Source of the DNA: Tubiluchus corallicola
Lineage: Eukaryota; Animalia; Priapulida
NCBI GenBank assembly: GCA_030141605.1
Contig: JAQGDQ010000088.1
Location: 613,404-677,403 of the forward strand
Direction: 5' to 3'
DNA: 64,000 nucleotides
Position numbers and translations under genes: made by a program. This document shows positions 1 through 25,300 of the stretch, one piece after another. The notes below the pieces were generated by a model. It was not told where the DNA came from and did no database searches. It saw only the letters and a list, made by a program, of their open reading frames with translations. How positions within the stretch are numbered: position 1 is the first letter of the stretch; every line of letters begins with the position of its first letter.

Positions 1-38
1 CTGGAACGGAACACCCCGCGATAAGTGAGGGAACATTG
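1..38. mobile_element. Terminal inverted repeat of a Tc1/mariner (Tigger/pogo-like) non-autonomous element, truncated by the window start
   Basis: Reverse complement reads CAATGTTCCCTCACTTATCGCGGGG, resembling Tigger-type TIRs, and is followed by TA at 39-40 (typical TSD). Only one end is visible. Confidence 0.5.
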
Positions 39-803
39 TAAAAAATTCTAGTTGGCACAAGTTACAAGTTTACTGATTCTTAATGGTGTGCTTTGTTCTA
101 TTTTTACTGCAACCATTAAAGAAACTAAAGGTTTCCTCTTTTTAATTTGGTACACAACTGTTAGCAGTTTGAAATCTTGTAAAAAAAATATTTTTTAAAT
201 TATCGTAGGCTTATTTAGTATTTTAAGCAAGTTTAACATTAGATGCGTACCATTAATCTCAAGTAAGTGCTGATTTTTAAAGACAAATTGCATTTCGAAA
301 TATTGACTGAACAACAAATTAAATTCGTATATTGGAAATTAGTTCTGCCCAAAGTGAAGTCAAATAATAATAAAATTACATGTATCTCTGATAGAAATAT
401 GCAGAAAACAAAGGCTAATAACATTTGAGAAAAATTTAAGTCTAAACTTCCGTGATCACGACATAATGCAAAAATTAGAATTTAGCTATAATATTTGAAT
501 CCATTTAATTTTTCATGACAGTTCATTTGTACAACTATATGGTACATTTTAACTGAACTTGTAATTTAAAAAAAGTAAATTTATATATACAGTTTGAGTT
601 TATTCAAACACACATGCAGAATAAATGATTTCCTATTGAAATTTAGTAAAAACCACTTTTATGGTTACAGATTAATCTTCGTGTTATACTGAATTTAACT
701 TCAAGTTAAGATTTACACAATGTTCTTATGTTTTCAGCCCAGAAAAAATCTAATTTAAGGACATATTCTACCATGAATTAACATACAAAATATACTAGCT
801 TAC

Positions 804-12370
<11,567 letters not shown>

Positions 12371-12500
12371 ACCGCCGACACAGTTGAGGGAGAAATTCAA
12401 GTTTACCGCCCGAATACATCAGTTACAGAGTATATTGGCAAATTTCGTATCTAACAAAGGGCGCGTTTTTCAAAAGCACAACTAAAGACAGAATTGCAGA
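12371..12500. promoter_or_regulatory. Candidate bidirectional promoter with CDE-CHR (DREAM/MuvB) and E2F-like motifs
   Basis: Locally CpG-rich stretch between the divergent gene-1 start exon and CENP-I. GGGCGC-GTTT-TTCAAA at 12459-12474 fits BSSSSS-N4-TTYRAA; TTTACCGCC at 12402-12410 is E2F-like. Confidence 0.5.
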
Positions 12501-13306
12501 ATGTTTAACACTCAAATTACAAATCATTAAAGCATTAGAAACAGAGAGCAACTTAAAATGTTAAAATAATATTACGCGACCTGTTCTTGATAATTACTAA
12601 TATTATTTATATTAATTTTTTGGTTTACATTAGTAGACTGATTTTATTGCAGAGAAAAATACACTGACATAACTCGAGCGCAAAACAATAGCTGACAGCA
12701 CCTTTTTTGTGCCAGTTCCCAGAAATACAAAATTAATAATTGCCATTTGTGCAACACATTTTTATACTAATTTAATACTGTGCTGGACAAATTTTGGAGC
12801 ACCTTAAGCTGAAGAAGCATACATTCCTCCCGGAGTCAACTGAGCAATCTATATATAAGCTTGTGGGTAAATTGACTCAAATGAGATATTAACGTTGTAA
12901 ACACAGAACATGCCTAATTTGGGGGATACTTTCTGGAGTGAATTAGTGGACTGAGTAGTATAGCCTGGTATGTTCAGTAACAGAACAGCATCATAGTAAA
13001 ATGTGAATCCTGATATTTTTGCTTATATTGTACCTGGAATTTTACTCAATTAAAGGTAGTCTCATTTATAATGCCTTGGTTTAATATATTAATGTAATTT
13101 ACAATTATAATTAATGTAATTTTTTACAGCATCCGTTCCCTCACTGGACATAACTCTGTGATTAAAAAAGTGAAATTTCCTTGTGCATTGCTTCTGAATC
13201 TGTTTCCTGATAGCACACCAATTGCGTCCTGACGCACAAGCATAACTGTGTTTTGCTCACTACTCACTTCATCTTCTGAAATGGAATGACTACGTAGATT
13301 GTTGCG

Positions 13307-16300
13307 ATGCTCAGAACAGCAATAGACTTCCTTATAGGTGGTACTAAAATAATTATGTATTACAAAATGTGTATCATTACTGTACTTTCATGATTTTAAA
13401 AGTTTTGGCAATGTGTACATAATGAAAAAAATATCATTTTTTTATACAATTCAGAATCCTGCAACCAGAATCCAACATTCGGTAACAGGTCTTGTTTAAA
13501 TTAGATGGTTATGACTAATTCATGTCATTATTAAGCATATGTGTTTAAGATGAGTTACTGAACCAAGAAAAGTATCTCTATGAGGTTAACAAAATTGTGA
13601 TACTAATTAAGCAACCTAACTTTGTATTTTGAACAGTATCAATATTTAGTAATGCTGTGATAAAAATAGCTTAGTGCTATGCATTAGTTATTTGAAATCT
13701 CCTGAATTAAATGGCGTGGCATAGAAACCTGAAACATGTACGCAAAGCTAGAGGTTCAGCTTTTCTGCAGTAGTAACAAAATTTCAAAAATAATTTGCTT
13801 TTAGTGCTTCGAGTATCTACTATTTGTGCAGTTCATCTTTTATAGAAGTTGTATCTCTATTGGACAAAGTTTTGGACAAATTTTGGTGGTCACTGTTTGT
13901 CTGTGTGGCATTTTGAAAACAAGGATTACCTCACAAACTTGTACAAAAGCAACTGTTACTGCAGGCTGCCTTTGTCTTAATAGTTATCCTCATTACTAGT
14001 TCTTTGTCTCAACTCTGAAAAGCAAGTTCTTAACCTTAGTGTCATTGTAATGCACTTTAAAGAATTGTTATTTTTGGTTGCATTGCTGATTTATCTTTAG
14101 TTTTACTTGTTTGTTTAATAAAGTAGGAAATTAGGAGATAAATCTTATTTAATCAGATGACATTGTGTAGGTCTTACGTCTTCCACTGGGACATCTCCAG
14201 TAAGTGGGTAGGGCAGTGGTTGTGTGTTTTTTCACTGTATGTTCTAGAAGACATTCTATGAAGAAGTATGAAGTGTGCTACTGAAAGCTGGCAATGTAAC
14301 AAATCAGATTTTTATGACTATTATAGCTTTTAAATGCACTAGTGCTTTGGGATTTCAGTGGAAACATGCTGTGCAACTTTATGTCATGTTTGTACTTTTG
14401 TGAGGAGACAAGTTTGAGTTGTGTCAGATGACCAGAGATTGGATGAAATGAGCAAAAACAGGAAAAACCTATAATTTTTTGCAAATTTATAGGCTGTAAG
14501 TGACTTGCACAGCAGCTATGTATCGATGTAACTTATCACCAGTTACGCTGCAAAACGACATTCGTGAAAAACACAATAACTGTTTTTATTGAGTTTGGAT
14601 ATCCAGACTTGGAAAAAAAGTCATTTATGTCACAAATAATTCACCATTTCTGTTGAGAAATATTATCAGTAATATAAAAAATTCTGGTAATTTATTATGA
14701 AACATCCAGTTACTCATTAGTGTTGAAATGTTTTGATGTTTGTTTGCTCTTTAAACTACAAGAATGCACTATTTATAAATAAAGCTCAGAAAATTCATAC
14801 TTAAATCTTATATCATTTACATAGTGTCCTATTGCTTATAGAACTTGTATTAGCAGCAACCCTGTATAAAACTTGTAAATGTAAACTCCCGCGATGACAA
14901 TTAATGGTAACTCATTTGAAACAAGTTTAGATAACATTGCTTGAAGTTTGAAAAAATAATCACAACATTTCTAGCGCACTCTTCACTAACTAAACAAAAG
15001 CATTAATTACTTTATATTGCCAATAAGATCAAATAATGTGTTTTTGATGAGTCTGTGGTGCACTTTGGCACAGCAATGGTAATACAGTGCTGTTTTATCA
15101 GTTAGGCTGAAATTTAAAATATTCTTTTTCAGTTACATAAGTCTTTGAAACAGGTAAGTGTATGCTATGTTATATAAGTTTGAATAGAATTTTTTGGGAT
15201 ATACTTTAATATTTCTTTTTCTTCCTCTTTAAGCTATTTGTGAGTCACAGAGATGCTGTTTATTTCTTGCTTTGAAATAACGTATGTTATTTTAATGATT
15301 TGCAGTGTATGGCATATTACAGTTGTGTACTACTTAGCTGCAGAAGCATATAATGTTTTACATTTAACTATTTTCAGATGCTTCTGATGTAAAGGTTAGA
15401 GGCAACATTGAATTGGCAAATGCTCTGATCGTAATAAAAAAGTGTTCTAATGAAGAGGGTCTTAGCCCGGATAACATCACAGTGCTTTTAGATCTTGTTG
15501 CTAGAAGAAAATTTGGTAGGTTTTTTCAGTTCCATACATTGTCTGTCTATTGTTGTAAGTCGAATTTCAATTGAATCTAATACTTTCAAATTCAATTCGA
15601 ATGAAATTTTAATAGTTTGAATTTGAATTGAATCGAACTGAAATGTAAAACAAATAAAAATTTTGTATCAGTTTAAGTAGTAGGAAATTGTTGGAATTTT
15701 TGACAATCATATTTTTTTTACTTTACTACGTGTAAAATTCTCTGAGACTGAGTTACAACATTTGAAACTTATTTGAAACTCTAAGTGCTAAAAGTAAAAT
15801 GCAATTCGAACTGGAATTATGACATTGTATTTGAATGCAAATTCGGATCAAACTTTCGCGATAGATATTTGAATTTAAACGTTCAAGGGACAGCCTTAAT
15901 AGTAACGTACCAATCAGGTGCTGTTGTTGGCTGCCATAATTTCAGTTCTTACATATTCAGGTTTTGCGCATTCATTTGTTTAGTTCTGATTTTACGACCC
16001 ATTTACACTAGCGAGTTTTCTTGCCAAGTGTCACGACGCGTGAGTCATGATTTCAATTCTAGCTTTTTCTATTTATTTTTATATTTTGGTTAACATTGCA
16101 GTTTTTTCCGTCAAAATCTTTTTCTTTTACTAGAAATACATTTAATTTACTTGGTATTTTCTGTTGCTAATAAATAATCTATGCATATCTGTAGGTGGTT
16201 TCATTACATAGTTTTATGCTGGCTTAATCACCTGACTTCATGTACATTGCAGAGATGCATGAACCATATGAAAACATCAGATCCATGGGTCTGCAAGGTC

Positions 16301-19300
16301 TGAGAAAAGTAACAAAGTATTATACCAAGCCTAAACTTTAAATATGTCCTATTATGAAGCCAGGCCAGTGGGGAAGCAACAAGATCGCAACATAATTAAT
16401 TCTCTCTCATCTTTTAAATAAACTAGCTGAAGTCTGGTTGGCAGGTTTCATAATTTATTACGAGTACTACAAATTATATTAGGCCTAATAAAATTAGAAA
16501 TAATTGTGATAATCATAAGAAATTAAAGTCGAACCTACTGAAGCTGACAACTGGGATCGATATGTTACACTTCTATGATATTTATGTGGCAATAAATAAG
16601 TGTGTGTATAGTAGATCAGTAATTTAATTATTATTTGTAACTCGAGCATCAGTCATCATGTCATTAATATGTGATCATGATTGTTTATGTAAACAATAAA
16701 CAACAGAAAGTATTACACTTAGCATGTGACTAAAAGAGAGAACATTATGCAAAACTGAACTGAAATTTGTATCTGAGTAAACCTTTAGTTTTGCAACAAT
16801 TAGATCACTAAAAAACTGGCCTTTCTTGAAAATGATCGACCAGTTTTGCTCACTGATTAAAAATAGAGTTGTCCAAATTTTGTGCATTTGATGATAATCA
16901 TGTCCTCTTCTTCTTAAAACTTTGCCCACTCAAGTTAAACACAACATTCATTTGGTACTGATGAACCAGGGATGCTAATACAATGAAATACTACATTCAG
17001 CTAAGCCTTATGCACAGTTTATTGTAAAATATAAAAACAACTTAAATTAGCTTTATATTTTCTCTTTTTCTTTCTTGTCCTAGATTAATCCAACATTGAT
17101 GTCGTCATCCTATCTTGATCTATATACTTTTCTATATTTGCTGCCCTCAAAATTACAAACATCAAAATGACATTAATTTAATAGTAAATCGAGAAATAAT
17201 GCAACGTTTGGGACACCAGGTAACTCACAAGCATGAAAGACTCATACTCAGACTAGAAAACAAAACTTGCTAGGAGCTACTGTCCGACAGTAAGCGCGAG
17301 CTGACACTGAATTCTTTATTCACCGCAAGAAATTTGCCAAGGAACTAGCCGAGGCGTTCACACTAGGCAGTAATTCCCAGGAAGTCAACTCGCAGCAACT
17401 GCCTGAGAGCATGCAATATTTGCTGATAGTAACTCGCAAATCAGTTCACACTTCCGAGTTTGCTGTCAGAGAGAAAACTTGCAACAGAAAACTCCCTAGT
17501 CTGAACGTGCCATTAACATCCTGGTGTTGTTAAGGCTGACTCTTCTGTTTATAATTTACGGGTAATCAAATGCTTAATTCTATTTCTTACAGCTGATTCT
17601 GTCAGTTCACAGTTGATCAAATGCTTAATTCCAAAAACTTGCGTGTCTGAAGATGCAGTTCTTTCAGCGTTTGCTTTAATTAATATGAAGAGACCGTCAC
17701 AAAAAATTCAGGTACTTTTATATACACTTCGCAAGTTCTATATGACTTTTTTATTGAATTTCTACGAGTTTCAATGTTTCTGTTCGACTACATTAAAAAA
17801 ATCACTTAGTTTTGTATTTTTTCAGCTAATGATAGGACATTTCCAAAACACCATGCTTTTTGATTTTATAGACACTTCTGTTATTGTTACTGCATATCTA
17901 GGTGCAGTGAGGTCTCACTTAACAACTACCTGATTAATTTTATCAATGATTCAACTCACATATCCAGTCATTTTGCTTACTGTATTAAGGCTTTATGAAG
18001 AAGCTATTACTGCCTTAAATCAAACCTATTATGTGAGTATTTGTGATTCATCAGTGGGTGTCAAACTCTAACACAAATTTTTAATCTGTTGACTGTGTGC
18101 GACAATTTTGATTCAGATTTTGTTGCATTGCATCATACATACATATGCCTACGCATTTATTAGGCATTAATGCATGCTGTTAAAAGTAGGCATTTATTAG
18201 GCATTAATGCATACTGTTAAAAGTAGGCATTTATTAGGCATTAATGCATGCTGTTAAAAGAACAACAAGGCATAATCAAATAATTTCTGGGCTGAGAACA
18301 CTTAAGACTGTTTGAAACTGAAGAGATCAGTAGGAATCAGTAATACATAGTTGACAGATGGCATTTTGCAGAAATGCAGGAAAATTAAAGTGCCTGAAAA
18401 AGATTTATCAGCAGGATTTATTGCGTCTAAAATAACCAGATTTAGCACTGCGACAATAGAAAGTTGTAGAGAAATAGGAGTTGGTGTGGATAAATGACCA
18501 ATTTCAGCAGGCAATATTATTTAGCTTTACACATTATTTAAGCAAAGTTTGTAATAATTGCAAATAAAGGAAAAGAAATGCTCTTATAAAAAAGCTCTAT
18601 TATAAGCCTAAAAATTCTAATTCAAATAAGACTAAAAATAATAAAAACAAACAATACAATGTTTAAATGGAATAATAAAATTTTTGATTTAAGGTTATCT
18701 AAGCATTATTGATTTTTCCCTTTGGTCCGTTCCCTTTTTATATTATTTCACGTGCAACCATTATTTCGTTTATTTCTTAATTATTTGTTTTAATAACCTT
18801 TTTAGTTTGCTTTCACTTAACAATGAATTTTGTTGGAACATATTAGTGTGATTAAGTGAGAAATTACTGCATCACATATATTGCAAGAGTGCTTTAATAT
18901 TTTGTGTCCAAATGACTAAAAGAAGTATAAATCTTTTATTGAGTTAGTTTGTATCAGGTTAGTCTGTATCAAGTTTAACAGTCTGCTGGTGAAATTTTTC
19001 ACAAGAGCAAAAATGTAGCTAACACATGTATCTTGAACCTGTATCAGTATGAATTTCCTTTGTAGTTTACATTCCAAACTTTATATGTGTTGCTTATTTA
19101 AATTTCTTTTTTCAGAAACTTATCCTACAATGGATCTTACTTGTGTATGATCTAATTGAGAAAAAAGACAGGTTGCACAGCATTTATCAACTGATTTTTA
19201 ATTTACTTGAAAATGATAACCTGGTAAGTGGTATGCACTTTGTTCTGGAGTTTTTCGTTCTTTTTTGTGGTTTGCGAGGTTAATTAATAAGTTCCTATTT

Positions 19301-22300
19301 TCCTTTTATTTACTTGTAACAATTTTGACAAACTGTTTATGTATGTTTTTTTTAAACTTGTTCATTGTGGTTAAAACTGTTCATTATCAGTTGTTGGTTG
19401 TCGATTTGTGAGTTGCAAAAATGGAGTGTAGGAGCTTTGCTACTGTACTTTATTTTTGCTCAAATTGATTTTATATATTAATTACATGCTAAATATTTTT
19501 AAGTATAAATGGTCACGCAAATTTTTGTTATTGGCTGGTGTATGTGATGTATGTACAAATTATACATGCCTTAAAGGCTCAGTTCATTTGTTTATAGTAA
19601 ATTTGATCTTTTTTTGTATTTTTTGTTTGTAGTGTGCTGAGGTTTGTCATCTTTTGTATCTTTTGACAAAGAAGGATAATGTTCGCCTGTTTCGTATCCG
19701 TCGGTTGGTTAGTTTGCAGAGAAGGGTGGTAAGTAGAAGTATATTGGTGCACTATTGTACAAAATCATACATTATAAACACTTTTTTCAGTTTTAATGCA
19801 TCTTGATTTAATGACCAATATATAATCAGATATTTAATTTTCTGATTATCAGCATTTGCCTCTGGAATAAATTATTTTTCTGAAGTTTAGTTTAATAATG
19901 AGCTGTTTTCATAGTTTATGTAGTATTCATAAAAGTAAGAATACTTTTACTTTTTTATTTTTTAGGGAAAGCATCCTCACATTACTGGCCTTCTAAACCT
20001 ATACAAAGTTTTTGCACCAAATGCTGTGAGTGTGACTGGCAAACAGCAGAAAGTAAGATTATTAGTTGATTTGCCGTAAAGCTCTTGCATAATATGACAA
20101 CAACAATTGCAATACTTTTTTAAAATTTTATTGTCTAGAAGCTTGTGTTACATAAAAGTATGTTGATTTTTCTTCAGCGATTCTTTAAGCACCCAAATTC
20201 CACTTGGGCAGCTCGAATCCGCACAGCACAGTCACATGTTCATGTGGTGCATCGGCCAATGCATCACATCTTACAGCAATCAAGGTCTGTGGCAGCTAGG
20301 CACGTATGTACGATATTCATTTAATTTTTCGTTATTATTTTTGTTCATTCATTGATGATAATATAATGATATATTTAGCCATCTTCTGTAACACAATAGT
20401 TTTGCCAAATACTCCCGTGAACCAAATCATGTTGCTAGCTGTAACTTTCTGCATTACACAGAAATTAAGATAATAATTAACTTTTCTAGCTAAATTTGTA
20501 AAAACTATTTTTAGCCTAGGTCAGGAGTAACACAGTCCAATCCTTTGGATTGATGGGCGACTTAACACAGAAAATTAACCATGTTGCAATAACAAAAGTA
20601 GCCTAGCATTAAATACCAGTAATGTCGCACTAAAGCTTTTGCATCTCATTACCAATATTTTATTATTACTCGAATTACTATAATTCGAACTTAACATTAA
20701 AAATACCTTCAGTGCTGCTTTGATACTTTTTAAAATCTATTTCATCTTTGGATTATGATTACAGGTGCATTTGAGAATGATCAAAAGTATCGAAATGTAT
20801 CTGAACAAAACAATTGTAATTTGGTTTGATTGCCTGCATTTATTCCCTTTTGTTTTTTTTTGGAATTTGAAATTGTGTTCATGTTGTTTTCACATCTTAA
20901 TATTCTTGTTTAGTGTTGGTAATTACTCTTTTTTCAGCGAGCTAGAAATGCTAATGTAGAGTTATTACCACCACTGATGGCGTCCATGGATTCTGCAAGC
21001 TGTAAATCTGCTACACGGGATAAGATAACAACAAGCGTCAGCACAGAGCCTGATGTCCCATTAATTCAACTCGGCTGCTTCAAAGATTTTGTTGGCATGG
21101 TTGACAAAGTTGAGGTATTTGTGCTTTTGAAAACAAAGAAAAGCCTAACTTTAAAGAGGATACCTAAAGCAATGTAAAGAGTGATTTCTCTTGTTTTGCA
21201 CAATTCTAATACGTTTACACTTTTATGTGTAAAGCAATGCTGAGGTTCACTTAGACATTTTACAACACCAGGTATTTGACACAAATTGGTGTGATTCATA
21301 CACTGCATTGTTTATTACTGTTATGTCTGTCTTGAATTTTGTGAACGAATTCAATTGATTAAAATTGATCAGTTTTATTGCCTTTTATCAGGAGAATAAC
21401 TGAGTGTATTTGACTAAAAGGTTAAGCAGCCATTGGCTTGCTTAGTAGATGGATGTGTTAGTCCAGAGAAAACTGCTTTTGGGTGGTTTCATCTGCTTTG
21501 TTACCACATCTGTTTCTTTTGTTGGCATTTGAACTTGGTCTAGACACTTTCGCCGATACTCTGCCTTTTTCAGAAAATTGTCATTGTTAGTTAGCTGAGT
21601 TCCTGTCTTGTTACATCCTTGGTTATTAAGTAGACTGTGCAAATGTGTGCTGGGTCCTAGATGCCAAAGATGCAAAATGCCAAACTGTAAAACTAAATAC
21701 ATGTTTATTCTGTTCTGACAAACATGTCGTAATACTTTCATTTCTGTTATTCTAGATGCCCAGTCAAATATCTTCTATCCTTTCTCATCAACACTTGCTG
21801 CATGTTTTGCGTGTTTCTACGGATAAGGTTGCAACTGCAAGATTAAGTTACTGGTTGCATCACACTTTGTATGAAGGTATTGTCTTTTATCTACATTATG
21901 CTTGTGAGGAAACACATAAGATTTAGTTGTGTGTTTTATAGAAGCATTTGTAATGAGTGAAGAATTCATTTTAATGTAATTATAGCATATGTGAACCATT
22001 ACATGAAAATATGAGTAGTTTTCATAAATAAAGGTAACAAATTGTAATTCAGCATTTCTGTCGAATTTCAGAGTTGATTAACAACAATGGAAAAAATGAG
22101 CAACTCTCAGATTTCCTGCAGAAGCTGATTATATTTTCAGATTTTATTCAGGTAAGCTCAGATATAGTCCTTAATTCCTTAATGTTTTTTTTCTTTTAAT
22201 TTCTTGCTTATGCTAATCTTAACCAAAATGCTTATATTAACCAAAAGCTGTTCTTCGAATATTTAAATCAATTCAAAACATCTTCTGTTATTGTGTCAAT

Positions 22301-25300
22301 ATTACAATTACAATCAAGCCTTTTTGTAACACCAGGTTTACAAAGGTTTGGAAATTCGCATATGATAAAATTCACTAAATATCTTGGAACTATTAGTTAC
22401 CTTAACATTTGATTTTCTCTATTCGATAATGGTTCAGAAAATTTTTAATTGCAGCTTGGAATCATAGAACCATTCTCCTGTAGGAACAGCTGGGAGACGA
22501 CACTTGTTGTCACTGTTCTTACTTTTGTTTTCTAGAATACACAATGATAACTCTGTTTCGCTTTGTTCTGCCTTTTGTGTAATAATTTTCTGTGTGCAGC
22601 AGGCCGTTGTCCAGTTGATAATCAAAACTCATCAGAACGTATGTGCAGTTTGGTATTTCCATCCAAGTTACACAAGCTATTTTGAATATATCTAGTAGCA
22701 ACTAGCAGATTGCTTTTTATTGATTGTTTTTACTATACAACAGCTGTTTGTGAAGCAGCAAATTATTGTGCATTATGGAGCGACATTGATTTATAATATA
22801 AAATGGATTTTTTACACGGAAGTACATTGGCTGATGGCAGTATTTGCTATATTTAAATCACTACGGAAATAGTGATAAGACAAAAACTGGCATTATGACA
22901 GGGCTAACATTAATGGCAGAGAGATTTGAATGTTTAATTATAAGGTAAGATAAACCATCGACAGTACGTCATAGGATTGTCACCTATTTTCGCTAAGACT
23001 CGCTCATTATATTTTTTCAGGAAGGTGTACCTGTAGTAGACTGTATATTGGAAGAATATTTGCCACTATGGAGTGGTGAAGATTACCGGAAACATATATT
23101 ACAGCTTGTTTCTCGATTGCGATTTATGGCATTTGAAGGTAAACATGCGTATTTTTTTAGAATTCAGTAAAATATTTTTGGTTGCTTAACCTAATCTCCA
23201 TGTGACATTGTAAACATTTAAAAAGGTTAGATAATAAAAGATGCAGAGGGACTGAGAGCAAACTCGAATTTTCTCTTTAATGCCATTCAGTCTTTTTTTA
23301 CCGTGTCAGGTATCCAGATAATGATCTTTCCAGATTTAATGACTAAGAAATTATACTTGGTTTGCGGATGTAAACGCCCAGAACTGGCTTTTCACTTACT
23401 TTCCATATCAGAATCTGTCTGTCATAATTTTGTCCATAATTTTCTGTGTTATTTAAGTTTTCAAGCCTTTTTGCTTATTCAATAAAAACATCATTATATT
23501 TACAAGAATTAGACTAGCTCATACTAAGCCAATGTAAATATATCTGCTTGAAAGAAATGATTGATTTTTCTTAACCAAGCATGGGATGGTGAGAAAGTGC
23601 TTTGGAATAATTTTGAGTACATCGTAATCTTTTTTGTCCACATCACTGTCAAAATGTAATGTGATTTCAACATGTTCATTGAGCGACGATGATTTCGGCT
23701 GTATATTTCGGCTATATTCTTCGCTCACTAAACATGTTGATTCCTAGAATCTGACTGTTTCGTCTATATAAAGTGATTTTTTTTAAAATTATGATTCTCT
23801 CAATTTGTTCTTCTCATTTCAGTCAATCTAAATATCTTAACTAAAAACCCACCAATTAGGCTGTGAATGCTCAATTGCATCATGATAAAAAATAAATTTG
23901 TTTCAACTTTTAACATTTCAAGCATTTTTAACCTTACAATGTAACATATATTGCGTTATTTCCCTGCTACAGGGGTGGGCAAGAACACAGCTCAACGGTC
24001 TGCATGAGCTTTTATGGGGGGTTCCAGGGCAGTGCCAGTGCCCTGTCCACAGCCTGCTCCCCCCCCCCCCACCAGCAAAACTCACATTTTCTCTAGTTGA
24101 CATTTATGAGATATTTTTAACTTAGTAGTGAGACTTTTATGTTACAAGAGTATGCTAAAATTTCTGTCTATACATAAATCACCAAATAACAAGCAACCAG
24201 TGGGGCTCACCTTGCAATAGCCAATCGGGTACTCCTTTTATCATCTAAGCTGATGGCTGCTGCAGCTGTTCACAGCAGACATGGAAATGTATTGAACTAT
24301 ATTGTGAGAGTCAAAGTCAAGTATGTGTTATTACTATTATTATTTTCATTTTTTCCAGCCATACAAAATTTCTGCAACAAAAATTTGCTTAGCAGTAACA
24401 CATGGACATTATAATTGTGAAACATTGTGCAGATGTTATAAAAGTTAGAAAAAGTCAGATTATACGTTTCTCCAAGCCCCAAAAAGAGACTTAGACAAAT
24501 GTGCCGAATAAAGTCTTTCTGAGTTTTGTCTTACCCACTTCTCTATTGCCTCATTGACTTATGTTTTGTCTCGTTCACTTTGTTTTGTCTCATTCACTTC
24601 TGTTTTGCTTTGTTTGCTTCCGTTTAGTCTAGTTCACTTCTGTTTTGTTTCATTCGCTTCTGTTTTTCTTTGTTCATTTCAAAGTTTGCCTGGTGCGTTT
24701 CTGTTCGTCTCACATTTGATTTCTTTGCTTTATGTTTCATTTGGTGCTTATAATTGAATAGTTTTTATCTGTATTTTGTTTTGATTTCCATGTGCTACAC
24801 ATTTGTTCTTTGATTTCTTTGTTCTCTTGTTCATTTCAGATTTGATTCCCGTTACTTGTTATTCTGCTTTGTTGCTATTACCTTCTTGGCATACAGTACT
24901 CTTCTCCAGCTCTCTACCATAAAGACAATACATATAAAAAGTTAGACAATCCAACTATAACAACATAACTATAGCAATCAGTGGCCAGATGAAAAAAATC
25001 ACTGTGATGAATTACATGCTTAGGCAGTGTTTTTTCTTATAAGCAGCATCTGTGAGTTTCAAAGTTAATGATTTTTTACTGGCAAGCGAGCTCAGGAAAA
25101 AAGGTTTTGTAGACAGGATTTGACGCATGGGCTGCCAGTTATCTATCCTTGTCTTACAGAATATTTTAGTTTATGACATGCTTCAATGGCAGTTTTCATG
25201 GTCATTAATAGTGAGTCTTATATTTTCATTGCTACTTTTAATAGCCCTGTGCTTCGTTGTTACATTTTTTAAGTTGTGTGTTCAAATAAAGTAAGTAGAA

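Noticed and set aside
22053-22071. Upstream AG acceptor for a CENP-I exon
   Set aside because: It gives an in-frame TAA; the acceptor at 22072 restores the frame and homology.
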